A stretch of DNA of 64,000 nucleotides from an uncultured delta proteobacterium (GTDB taxonomy: Bacteria > Desulfobacterota > Binatia > UBA9968). The stretch lies in the NCBI GenBank assembly GCA_963745835.1, contig CAVUZH010000014.1, positions 512,001 to 576,000 on the forward strand. The letters are read 5' to 3'. The notes under the pieces were generated by a model. The model did not search any database. It had not been told where the DNA came from and saw only the letters and a list, made by a program, of their open reading frames with translations. Below are positions 19,655 to 31,304 of the stretch, piece after piece. The translations under genes and the position numbers were made by a program. Numbering within the stretch: position 1 is the first letter of the stretch; each line of letters opens with the position of its first letter.

Positions 19655-20836
19655 CTAGATCCTGCGGAAATTACTGCCCATTCGTTCACTACCTTGAATC
19701 TGCAATCCGCCTTTTGTCGACGAGGCACTTCCCTTTTCTAGCAACTTGTCGAGGGCATCGTCGCCGGTTAGACCCTCCAATTTGATCTTAAGGCGCAGGT
19801 TATTAGCGCTATCTGAATTCATCAAGGCTTGCTGGAGAGTGATTTTGTTTTCCTTGTATAGAGTGAACAGCGCTTGGTCGAACGTTTGGCAACCCTCCTG
19901 AATTCCCTGTTCCATGGCCTCTTTAAGGCTGTCGATGTCTCCTTGCTTAATCAGATCTTTAATCCGTGGGGTATCCATCATAATCTCAATTGCCGCCACC
20001 CGCGCTCCATCCACCGATGGAATTAAACGTTGCGAAATGACGGCGCGTAAACTCAAAGAAAGATGCATGAGAATCTGTGAGTGCCGGTCCGCCGGGTAAA
20101 AATTGAGGATACGTTCGAACGATTGATTGACGTTGGTTGAATGAAGCGTGCCCATACAAAGGTGACCGGTGTCGGCGAAAGTAATCGCCGCCTCCATGGA
20201 ATCATTGTCGCGGATCTCACCGATGAGGATGACATCGGGCGCTTGCCGAACTGCACGCTTGAGCGCGTCTCCAAAGGAATGGGTGTCAAACCCTAACTCT
20301 CTCTGGGTGACGATGCATCTTTTGTGAGGATGAACGAATTCGATCGGGTCTTCCACTGAGATGATGTGTCCCGGAGCGGATGAGTTACGATGATCGATCA
20401 TGGCAGCCAGGCTGGTGGATTTACCGGATCCGGTCGCGCCGACCACCAGGACCAAGCCGGCCTTTCTCATGACGATCTGTTTCAGTATCTGCGGCAGCTT
20501 TAATTCATCGATGGATCTGATCTCGAATCTGATTCTGCGAATTACCAGCGCGACGAAGCCACGCTGCCGCAAAACATTGACACGGAATCGGCTGAGATCA
20601 GGAATTGAAAGGACAAGGACTAAATCCATCTCTAGTTTTGCATTAAACTCCTGCCACTGTTTTTCGCTCATGACCGATTCCGCCAGCTTCTCCAGATCTG
20701 CCGGTGCAAATTCAACGTCCCCTATAGGTTGAACGATCCCCTCAATACGGTACATAGGAGGACTGCCAACGGTGAGATAAACGTCAGAAGCCTCCTTCTC
20801 CACCATCACCTGAAGTAATCTCTTAATCTCCATCAT
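19655..20836 (-). CDS. pilU: type IV pilus retraction ATPase PilU
   Basis: GATGSGKST, EDPIEF, RQAPDVILIGEIRD, TGHLC.GTLH, TPRIKDLI, SANNLRLKIK. Confidence 0.93.
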   Translation of the reverse strand: MMEIKRLLQVMVEKEASDVYLTVGSPPMYRIEGIVQPIGDVEFAPADLEKLAESVMSEKQWQEFNAKLEMDLVLVLSIPDLSRFRVNVLRQRGFVALVIRRIRFEIRSIDELKLPQILKQIVMRKAGLVLVVGATGSGKSTSLAAMIDHRNSSAPGHIISVEDPIEFVHPHKRCIVTQRELGFDTHSFGDALKRAVRQAPDVILIGEIRDNDSMEAAITFADTGHLCMGTLHSTNVNQSFERILNFYPADRHSQILMHLSLSLRAVISQRLIPSVDGARVAAIEIMMDTPRIKDLIKQGDIDSLKEAMEQGIQEGCQTFDQALFTLYKENKITLQQALMNSDSANNLRLKIKLEGLTGDDALDKLLEKGSASSTKGGLQIQGSERMGSNFRRI

Positions 20837-20956
20837 CTTCCTCCAAAGGTCAACTTCTAACTCCTCGGTCAGTCATCGTTACAGACGCATCGGCGATGAG
20901 TGGATTTGCGCGAGGCCGCGAACCTCGCTATCACCGATAGTCATCTCGTTCGCTGT

Positions 20957-22133
20957 CTATCTTCCCTGGAGGCGAAATACATTACTAGCGCCCACGACAT
21001 CAGCTTTTGATTCTCCGCCGGATTCCGGATTTGCCTGCAACGGATTTCCTTCGACTGCGTCATCGGCAACTAGCCCGGCCATCTTAATCTTCAAGCGTAA
21101 ATTATTGGCGCTATCCGCATTGGCCAAAGCTTCCCCGATCGTAATCTTTCCTGCTTGATATAAAACGAGCAGTGCTTGATCGAATGTTTGACAACCTTCG
21201 CGAATTCCCTGCTCCATCGCTTCCTTAAGCGTGTCAATCTCGCCTTTTTTTATTAGATCCTTCATTCGCGGTGTATCCAAAAGAATCTCAATTGCCGCAA
21301 CGCGTCCACCGCCGACCGCGGGGAGTAGCCGTTGAGAAACGATAGCCCGCAAATTCAACGACAGTTGCAAGAGCACCTGCGAGTATCGCTCCGGCGGAAA
21401 AAAATTAAGTATCCGTTCGAATGACTGGTTAGCGTTGTTTGAGTGCAGAGTTCCGAAACATAGATGGCCGGTGTCGGCGAAAGTTATCGCAGCCTCCATA
21501 GTCTCGGAGGTACGAATCTCACCAATTAAGATAACGTCCGGCGCTTGTCGCATGGCATTTTCCAAGGCGCTCTGGAACGAGTTAGTGTCAAAGCCAACCT
21601 CGCGCTGGGTCACTACCGAATTCTTATGTTTGTGAACAAATTCAATCGGATCTTCCACGGTAATGATATGTCCCTCATCATTGCTGTTGCGCAGATCTAT
21701 CAGCGACGCCAAGGTGGTCGACTTACCCGAACCCGTCGCACCGACAACCAGCACCAGACCTCTTTTCAACATCGCTACGTCTCTCAATACTGGGCGGTAA
21801 GCCGAGCGTGTCAAAGGATGGGATGTCGACCTTGATTTTGCGAACAACGATTGCAATGGAGCCACGTTGACGCAAAACATTGACCCGAAAGCGGCTTATT
21901 TTCGGTAAAGATAGAGCGAGATTCAGTTCTTTCTTCTGCCTAAATTCCTCCCACTGTTCCTGATTCATGAACGATTTTGCCAGATCTTCGAGCGATTCAG
22001 GGGTAAAGGGTTCATGCTCGCTCGCCTGAACCTTACCGTTGACCCGATACATCGGAGGTCGAGCCACCGTAAGGTAAAGATCAGAGGAGTCTTTCTCCAC
22101 CATGGCCCTGAAATACTCTTCGAGATTCAACAC
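20957..22133 (-). CDS. pilU: second PilU, split by a one-base frameshift near 21793
   Basis: N-terminal half (SSDLYLTV...RFRVNV) and C-terminal half (Walker A onward) join as GLPPVLRDVAMLKRG if one G of GGG at 21792-21794 is removed. Confidence 0.88.
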
Positions 22134-22169
22134 TTCCTCACCTCACAAATGTGCGTCTGATTATTAAAC

Positions 22170-23237
22170 TCAGCGCGCCCCGGAAGCCGCGTTGACGGCG
22201 CCAAAAAGATTTGGATTCGAGCTGCGCGATTGAGCTTCATCCTTGGTCACCAGGCCACGAGCCACTATATCCAACAGCGCCATATCCATGGTCTGCATGC
22301 CGTCTTTTTTGCTCACCTGCATGGTCCCCGGCAACTGATGGATTTTACCCTCCCGAATGAGGTTGCGAACTGCCGTGGTGCCAATCATGATCTCCAGCGC
22401 TGGCACCCTGCCGCTGGCGCCCTTCTTCTTCAACAGCGTCTGAGTGATCACCGCCTCTATGGATTCGGCAAATTGCGCGCGGATTTGAGCTTGCTGGTTG
22501 GGCGGAAACACGTCGATGACTCGATCGACGGTTTTGGGCGCGCTGGAGGTGTGCAGAGTGGCAAATACCAAATGACCGGTTTCGGCAGCAGTCAGCGCGA
22601 GTTGAATAGTTTCCAGGTCGCGCAATTCTCCGACTAGGATGATATCGGGATCTTCACGGAGCGCCGCTCTGAGAGCATTAGCAAACGAGTGTGTATGAGG
22701 ACCTAATTCGCGTTGGTTCACGAGACATTTCTTCGATGGGTGCACAAACTCGATAGGATCCTCCACAGTAAGAATATGACCCTCAAAACCGTTATTCAGG
22801 TAGTCGATCATCGCCGCCAGTGTCGTGGATTTTCCGGATCCGGTCGGCCCCGTGACTAGGATCAGCCCTTTCTCCTTCTCACAGAGTTGCTTTAGTATGG
22901 GAGGCATTCCCAATTCTTCCAGAGTGAAAACTTTCGTCGGTATGGTCCGAAAAACCGCTGCTTCTCCTTTTCGCTGTAAGAAGACATTTACGCGGAATCG
23001 CGCGATTTCACGCAGTTCAAAGGAAAAGTCGCACTCTCGAGTTTCCTCAAATTTTTTGCGCTGCGAGTCAGTCATGACGTCGAACACTAGATTGTGCACT
23101 TCCTCTTGCGACAAGGGCGGGTAATCCAGTTTTTTTAAGTCTCCGTGCACGCGAAGCATCGGCGGCTCACCCGCGCTCAGATGGCAATCTGACGCTCCCT
23201 GTTCAACGCCAAAGGCCAAAAGTTGCGTAACATCCAT
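22170..23237 (-). CDS. pilT: type IV pilus twitching motility ATPase PilT
   Basis: ASD.HL, GPTGSGKSTT, LREDPD, AETGHLVFATLH, AVRNLIRE motif. Confidence 0.96.
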   Translation of the reverse strand: MDVTQLLAFGVEQGASDCHLSAGEPPMLRVHGDLKKLDYPPLSQEEVHNLVFDVMTDSQRKKFEETRECDFSFELREIARFRVNVFLQRKGEAAVFRTIPTKVFTLEELGMPPILKQLCEKEKGLILVTGPTGSGKSTTLAAMIDYLNNGFEGHILTVEDPIEFVHPSKKCLVNQRELGPHTHSFANALRAALREDPDIILVGELRDLETIQLALTAAETGHLVFATLHTSSAPKTVDRVIDVFPPNQQAQIRAQFAESIEAVITQTLLKKKGASGRVPALEIMIGTTAVRNLIREGKIHQLPGTMQVSKKDGMQTMDMALLDIVARGLVTKDEAQSRSSNPNLFGAVNAASGAR

Positions 23238-23441
23238 AAACTATTAACTCCTAGCTCGGCTTTGAAACGCTCGCTAATATCAAGAAGGGCAACTTGAGGT
23301 CCGAGTAAAATCAACTACCGCTGTACTAAGCCGAGCAATAACAATACCAGCTATGGGACAGCGTCGGCCGCGCTTATTCCTTATTTGTGCTTTTTTGTGA
23401 TGATAGGTAGTTATCAGTGACCTTTGGTAGGTCTCTCGCTT

Positions 23442-23990
23442 ATGTTGAACGATACAGTTGCCAGGGCAACTGGCGGCGGCATCGGTATCGGTTAAGCCAT
23501 CGGTGTACAATTTGCCAAAAACGGGTCCAAAGTTGCACTTGCCTTCCGAACCCGGCTCACTTGAATCCGGTCGCAGATTTAAGCGCGGTCGGGATGAAGT
23601 ATCTTTTCGCAGGTGGAAGTCCGAAGCAAAAATGAAATATGAAAAGATATTCTCCTGCTCAGGAATAGGCATGGCGCGGCATCCATATCCTTGTAAACAA
23701 AGCCGCGACTTCGGCTTAAGCATGATCGAAGATGCCGATGATTCAACGGGGTATAAACTGTTGACCTAGCGAATAGTTGTAGCTCGTCACCAAAGAGGTA
23801 CGCATATACCCCATAAATCCGGCGGGCGCATGATCAACATTCCTCGGTGGTAGGAAAATTCGGCCTGCCTGAATACCAGACAGTACCAACACTACCAACA
23901 AGCATAATCGGCCTCACCCGTGCCCGGGCTCAACTGGCCCGTGGCATTACCGTTGAGCCGATCGATATCTGTGGCAGCCAAAAAATTTTG
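23442..23990 (+). pseudogene. heavily decayed short-chain dehydrogenase/reductase
   Basis: TGGGIGIG*AIGVQFAKNGSKVALA from 23442; GGRMINI/SVVGKFG...IIGLTRA...GITV at about 23820-23960, with stops and frameshifts. Confidence 0.8.
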
Positions 23991-24103
23991 TGAAGAGAAC
24001 CAGCCGTGTCCCGACTAAGACGACCTCGCGCCATTTACAATGCGTTTGTGTTATGGTTTGCAGAAAAGAGGATTTTCTGCTGCCAACCTGTTAGAGATAA
24101 TTC

Positions 24104-25636
24104 GTGAGTAATCAAACAATTCGAGTTCGCAATCCAGCAACTATGGAATTTGTCGGCGAATTGCCGATTGACTCGGCGGCTGAGGTCGCCGCCGCCACTG
24201 CCCGCGCGCGCCAAGCGCAGGCTGAATGGCAGGCCAAAAGTTTCGAAGATAGAGCCAAAGCACTGCGGCGCTTTCGCGACTTACTCATCGACGAACAAGA
24301 GCGACTTGCCGATATCGTTACAGCCGAAACCGGCAAGCCCCGCGGTGACGTGTTTGGCAACGAGCTTTTTTACCTCTGCGATACTATAGGCTTCTGGACC
24401 AAGAGTGCGGAGAAGTGGCTGAAGCAGCGTAAGATCCGGCCACATCTCTTCAAAGTGAAGAAGGTTCTCTCGACCTATCAGCCGTTGGGTTTGATCGGAA
24501 TCATCAGCCCATGGAACTTTCCACTAGTCTTAACCGCCGGCGATGCGGTGCCTGCGTTGATGGCAGGCAACGCGGTGATCATCAAGCCATCAGAGCTAAC
24601 GCCCTTCACCGCTCTATTCGTGGCCGAGTTGGCGCAAAAAACGGGTTTTCCGGACAATCTCCTGCAGGTCGTGATCGGTGGCGCGGAGACAGGTGAAGCC
24701 CTAATCGACAATGCCGACATGATCTCCTTCACCGGCAGCGTGGAGGTCGGTAAACATGTTATGCGTCGCGCCGCCGACCGCTTGATCCCGATCTCGCTGG
24801 AGCTCGGTGGTAAAGATCCGATGATCGTCCTAAAAGACGCCGATCTTGAACGTGCCGCCAATGTCTGTGTCTGGGGCGCTTTGATGAATTGCGGCCAAGT
24901 CTGCACATCCATTGAACGGGTTTACGTCGAGGAGCCGATCTATCAAACGTTTGTGGGGAAAGTCGTCGACCGCGTCAAGCAGTTGCGTCAAGGTTCCAGC
25001 GGTGAAGAAGTCGAACTTGGCAGTATGAGTTCAGAAGAACAACTGAAAAAAGTCGTTGCGCAAGTCGAAGATGCGATCGATAAAGGCGCGACGGTCCTCA
25101 CCGGCGGACGAGCTAATCCGAGTTTTCGGGGCCTTTATTACGAGCCGACTGTGCTGGTCAACGTCACCCACGATATGAGCATCATACAGGATGAAACATT
25201 CGGTCCCGTGATCCCAATCATGAAAGTTGCCAATGCCGATGAGGCCGTCAGGCTCGCTAATGACTCCCGGTACGGGCTGGACGCGATTGTATTTAGTCGC
25301 GACAGAGTTAAAGCCAGGCAAATGGCACAACGTCTTTACACCGGGACGGTGTGTATCAACGACGGTTTGGTCAATTATATCATCCCGGAGGCTCCCATGG
25401 GCGGGGTCAAGGACAGTGGTTTCAGCCGACGTCACGGTCCCGAAGGCATCCGCAAGTACTGCTATCAGAAAACAATCGTGATCGACCGCTTCGGATTGAA
25501 AAAAGAGATGCCCTGGTTTCCATCTAGCCGTAAAAAGACCGCGCAGATGCGTCGCATGATCAGTTTGCTGTGGCGGTCGGGCTGGAGAAAGAAACTTGCT
25601 CGGCCGGGCGACTCCTCCAGTAAACCTAACCCTTGA
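24104..25636 (+). CDS. aldehyde dehydrogenase family protein
   Basis: SPWNFP, KPSE, FTGS, LELGGKDP, NCGQVC (catalytic Cys), ETFGP. Confidence 0.95.
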   Translation: MSNQTIRVRNPATMEFVGELPIDSAAEVAAATARARQAQAEWQAKSFEDRAKALRRFRDLLIDEQERLADIVTAETGKPRGDVFGNELFYLCDTIGFWTKSAEKWLKQRKIRPHLFKVKKVLSTYQPLGLIGIISPWNFPLVLTAGDAVPALMAGNAVIIKPSELTPFTALFVAELAQKTGFPDNLLQVVIGGAETGEALIDNADMISFTGSVEVGKHVMRRAADRLIPISLELGGKDPMIVLKDADLERAANVCVWGALMNCGQVCTSIERVYVEEPIYQTFVGKVVDRVKQLRQGSSGEEVELGSMSSEEQLKKVVAQVEDAIDKGATVLTGGRANPSFRGLYYEPTVLVNVTHDMSIIQDETFGPVIPIMKVANADEAVRLANDSRYGLDAIVFSRDRVKARQMAQRLYTGTVCINDGLVNYIIPEAPMGGVKDSGFSRRHGPEGIRKYCYQKTIVIDRFGLKKEMPWFPSSRKKTAQMRRMISLLWRSGWRKKLARPGDSSSKPNP

Positions 25637-25696
25637 AGTACCCCGGCGATTCGACTAAGTAATAGAATATTTCCCAACATAGGACAGGAGAAATGC

Positions 25697-27079
25697 ATGG
25701 CTAAGGATTTACCAAGCTTTATCGCGCAAGAGGGGGCCAAACGTGAAGGGGCCGTCATTCGCGAGAAAAACTTTGTTGACGCCAATAATTATGAAACCGT
25801 CGCCTATCTAAAACACCTTGACGTGCGCAATGAGCCGAAGATGGTTTTGTTTGAAAACGTGCCGGCGCTCAACGGTCAGAAATCTGAGTTCCCGATGTTC
25901 TATAACCCGTGGGTTACGCGCCAATACGTCGCCGACTCGCTGGACATGGGCGACATCGAATCGCCCATGGACGTCAGTCTCGAAGTGGCGAAACTCGAAC
26001 AGCAGCAGGGTAAGGTAGAGATTATCAGCTCGGCTAAGGCGCCGGTCAAAGAAGTTGTTCTAACGGGTGACAAGGCCGATCTGCGCATTCTCCCCATGCC
26101 CATGCATCAAAAAGGTGACGCGGGTCCTTACCACACGATGACCTGCGCGATGAAGGGACTAAATAGCGAGTTTTACGATATCACATTCACAAAGAATAAG
26201 TTTCACGATCCGAAGCATATGAGTTTCTCCGCGCACAAACACCACCACCTAGAAGCGATGGCCTGCGAATATGAGGAGCAAAACCTTCGCGCGCCTGTAA
26301 TCGTTATTTTGGGACATCACCCCGCGTTCTATCTCTCGTCCTGTGCCATGACGGCGATGGGAAATAATGATTACCTCACCGCGTCAGCGTTTTTGCGGGA
26401 GCCGCTACGCCTGACGCCGTCCACAACCTGGGGTGATGAATTTATGGTGCCAGCGGATGCTGAGATCATCATTGAAGGAGAAATCCTTCCTGGCGTGCGA
26501 AAACCACAAAACCCATTTGGCGAAATTCTCGGTTACGCACAACCGAAAATGGACGTACCCGTAATAGAGGTCACCGCAATCACCCACCGGCGCGGCGGTA
26601 TTGTCGAAGACTTCTGGCCTGGGCATATGGACCACTGGAATCTCGGCAGCATTCCCAAAGAAGGCAGCACTTACAACGTCATCAAGAAAAATGTTCCTGG
26701 TATAAAAGCAATCCATCTCGCGGCTTCGGGCTGCGGCCGTTGCATTTGCTACATATCCATCAAGAAAGAGTTCGAGAATGAACCGAACAAGGCCGGCATG
26801 CAGGCATTTGTCGAAATGCCGAACTTGAAACTCGCCGTAATTGTCGACGAAGACATCGACGTCTTTAACGAACGCGAAGTCATGTGGGCCGTCGCCACTC
26901 GCGTGCACTGGGACAAAGATATCGAGATCATCCGTGAGGTCCAAAGTTTTCGTGGCTGGCTGGGCGATGCAGTGGCGATTATCGACGCGACCATACCTTT
27001 TAAACAAAAAGCAGAATGGCCCGTGCGCAACGAAGTGGAACCGGCGGCGTTCGAGCGTGTTGCCAGGTTCTTCAAATAA
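25697..27079 (+). CDS. UbiD-family (prFMN-dependent) decarboxylase, divergent
   Basis: DL..LP, D.GPY, VPADAEIIIEG, PFGE, IVDEDIDV...VMWAVATR, IDAT. Confidence 0.88.
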   Translation: MAKDLPSFIAQEGAKREGAVIREKNFVDANNYETVAYLKHLDVRNEPKMVLFENVPALNGQKSEFPMFYNPWVTRQYVADSLDMGDIESPMDVSLEVAKLEQQQGKVEIISSAKAPVKEVVLTGDKADLRILPMPMHQKGDAGPYHTMTCAMKGLNSEFYDITFTKNKFHDPKHMSFSAHKHHHLEAMACEYEEQNLRAPVIVILGHHPAFYLSSCAMTAMGNNDYLTASAFLREPLRLTPSTTWGDEFMVPADAEIIIEGEILPGVRKPQNPFGEILGYAQPKMDVPVIEVTAITHRRGGIVEDFWPGHMDHWNLGSIPKEGSTYNVIKKNVPGIKAIHLAASGCGRCICYISIKKEFENEPNKAGMQAFVEMPNLKLAVIVDEDIDVFNEREVMWAVATRVHWDKDIEIIREVQSFRGWLGDAVAIIDATIPFKQKAEWPVRNEVEPAAFERVARFFK

Positions 27080-27094
27080 ACCACGGAATAGATC

Positions 27095-27442
27095 ATGGCC
27101 GAGAAGCTGAGATTCATCTATAAGGCGACCTGAACGACCTGTCGGAAAGCAAGAAGTTTCTTGCAATCAAACAAAGTAGATTTCGAAGAGCGCGAGTACG
27201 GTAAGAACCAGTTCTCTGAGAAGGAATTGCGTGAAATAATCGGAGATGAGCCCGTCGAAAACTTCTTGAACACGCGAACTCCTCTATACCGCGCAAAAAA
27301 CATGAAACAAAAACCTCCGTCCAAGGATGACGCCATCAGACTCATGTTAAAAGACGCAAATCTATTAAAGCGTCCCGTCTTTATAAAAGGAAAAAAGAAG
27401 CTGACCGGCTTCAACGAAACTCAAGTTAAGGAACTTTTGTAG
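27095..27442 (+). CDS. ArsC/Spx/MgsR-family thioredoxin-fold protein with in-frame TGA (probable selenocysteine, UxxC)
   Basis: [25 protein letters not shown]...LLKRPV; TGA at 27131-27133 is codon 13, at the first Cys position of the family CxxC; hairpin downstream. Confidence 0.82.
27149..27164 (+). promoter_or_regulatory. candidate bacterial SECIS hairpin
   Basis: GCAAGA-AGTT-TCTTGC; 21 nt between the TGA and the loop; G in loop position 2. Confidence 0.55.
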
Positions 27443-27447
27443 CCAGT

Positions 27448-28392
27448 TTGGGCGACGATGTGACGCCGCTCGGTCCTCATCCTGCGTCTCCGTCCACAAA
27501 AGCGAGTGAGCCTATTTCGATGATCGAAGAAGCTCTTCCCGGTTTGCGTCTGTTCAACAGAGGCAAAGTACGCGACATCTATGACTTAGGCGACAACCTC
27601 TTGTTAGTCGCCACTGATCGCATCTCGGCGTTTGACGTCGTGTTGCCCACATTAATCCCCGGCAAGGGCAAAATTTTGACCGCCCTGTCAGAATTCTGGT
27701 TCGGCATAGTAAAAGACATCACTCCTAATCATCTCATTACGACCTGTGTCGACGAGTTCCCCGCCGCGTGCCTTCCATATCGAGCGACATTGGAGGGCCG
27801 ATCGATGCTGGTCAAAAAGAGCTCGCCGGCTCCGGTAGAATGTATCGTGCGTGGCTACCTGGCAGGATCCGGCTGGAAAGACTACCAGAATACCGGCAGC
27901 GTGTGCGGTATCCGGCTTCCTAAAGGCTTAGTGGAAGCATCGCGCCTGGAGCAACCGATCTTTACGCCATCGACTAAAGCTACGATCGGCGTGCATGATG
28001 TCAATATCGCCTTCGACGACATGCTGACAAAACTCGGTAAAAAAAGAGCAGAGGCGATGCGGGACTTAAGCATTGCGATTTACAATCGGGCGAGCGCGTT
28101 GGCCGAGCAAAAAGGGATCATTATCGCTGATACCAAATTCGAATTCGGCCTCGAAGCCGATCAGGTAATCCTCATTGACGAAGTCCTTACTCCGGACTCG
28201 TCTCGCTTTTGGCCGGCGGGTGGATACCGACCGGGCAAAACGCCTGATAGCTTTGATAAACAATTTGTCCGCGATTATCTGCTCAATCTACCTTGGGACA
28301 TGAAGTCGCCGCCGCCGGAATTACCGCCGGAGATCGTTAAGAAAACTCAGGATAAGTATGCTGAGGCTTTGAAACGGCTTACCGCAGCGTGA
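27448..28392 (+). CDS. purC: phosphoribosylaminoimidazole-succinocarboxamide synthase
   Basis: [45 protein letters not shown]; true start uncertain (possibly ATG 27520). Confidence 0.96.
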   Translation: MGDDVTPLGPHPASPSTKASEPISMIEEALPGLRLFNRGKVRDIYDLGDNLLLVATDRISAFDVVLPTLIPGKGKILTALSEFWFGIVKDITPNHLITTCVDEFPAACLPYRATLEGRSMLVKKSSPAPVECIVRGYLAGSGWKDYQNTGSVCGIRLPKGLVEASRLEQPIFTPSTKATIGVHDVNIAFDDMLTKLGKKRAEAMRDLSIAIYNRASALAEQKGIIIADTKFEFGLEADQVILIDEVLTPDSSRFWPAGGYRPGKTPDSFDKQFVRDYLLNLPWDMKSPPPELPPEIVKKTQDKYAEALKRLTAA

Positions 28393-28659
28393 CCTGTACG
28401 CCGAATTCGAGCTTCCCTCCTTCGCAACTAACAATACTCGATCGCTTGGCCATCTCACAATTCCCGGCTTGCCATGCTGCGTTATTTTTTCGTAACTAGT
28501 ATCAGGGTTGCGATCTTCTGCGGAAGGAAATTCGCTGCGGCACTTCAACTCTTTACCCGGCGTCCGGAAGCGGAGCGCGTTTCTGAAGGGCTTGCGCCGC
28601 ACTCTTGTCATCGAGCCACAGAAACGATCCGTGATCGGCTCCCAGTGACTGCAGCGAGC

Positions 28660-29190
28660 TTATTTCCGAGATGCTCGTTTCGAGTTGAGCTGAATTTGCG
28701 CGATCGCCTGGGTAACGAGCGCGGTGCCCCTTCCGGAATCAATGTCGTGCGGGATATGTAAAAACCCAAACCTGACGTCCTGTCCGCTGCGGCTGATGTA
28801 TTCCAGCATGACGTACATCGAATAGTTGCAGACGTAGTCGCCGGCAGTATCGGAATGACCAACCTTCGGGCCAAGGTTGATGTCGAGAGTTGTCGGTAGA
28901 AATTCTGCGCCCGATTTACGAATTGGTTTGGCCGGACCCATGTCGCTAGTTTGCTTGCGGTTTATTGCTCTGGATTCGACCTCAATTCGATCTCGTGTGC
29001 ATTGCCCTAGGCCGATGACATGATCGGGTTTATGCAGCTCGAGCACGTCGATAAACTGTTGCCGGTTAAAGCGCACCGGAAAAACCGCCGTTCTGAGTCC
29101 GGGAAAGGGCGACAGAGCTTTGATGATCGTCTCAGTGATGTTGTTGCGGAATTCTCGATAAGGTCCGAAGCCATAGACGAGGACAGGCAT
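28660..29190 (-). CDS. pcp: pyroglutamyl-peptidase I (peptidase C15)
   Basis: GFGPY, GLGQ, E..A.N, AGDYVCN (catalytic Cys), FLHIP. Confidence 0.88.
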   Translation of the reverse strand: MPVLVYGFGPYREFRNNITETIIKALSPFPGLRTAVFPVRFNRQQFIDVLELHKPDHVIGLGQCTRDRIEVESRAINRKQTSDMGPAKPIRKSGAEFLPTTLDINLGPKVGHSDTAGDYVCNYSMYVMLEYISRSGQDVRFGFLHIPHDIDSGRGTALVTQAIAQIQLNSKRASRK

Positions 29191-29239
29191 AGCTCAATCC
29201 TATGAGATGCTTTGACAGCGCTCTATACATATCAAGGCC

Positions 29240-29270
29240 AAAAAAAACTGGCCGGCAATTGGCCGGCCAG
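29240..29270 (-). terminator. rho-independent terminator of thiC
   Basis: CTGGCCGGC/GCCGGCCAG stem with an 8-T run on the minus strand. Confidence 0.75.
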
Positions 29271-29299
29271 TCGTTCGCAACCAATCAAGAGCGTTGTGC

Positions 29300-31291
<1,992 letters not shown>

Positions 31292-31304
31292 CTATAATCG
31301 ATTC

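Noticed and set aside
21785-21800. Programmed frameshift or phase variation in pilU
   Set aside because: Only a 3-nt run, with no slippery heptamer or long repeat tract; error or simple mutation is more likely.
23280-23769. Three overlapping hypothetical ORFs
   Set aside because: Better explained by the decayed SDR in another frame.
27131-27133. Genome-wide TGA reassignment (genetic code 4 or 25)
   Set aside because: TGA terminates many conserved genes at their expected ends (guaA, guaB, dnaE, purC, pilT), so any readthrough is site-specific.
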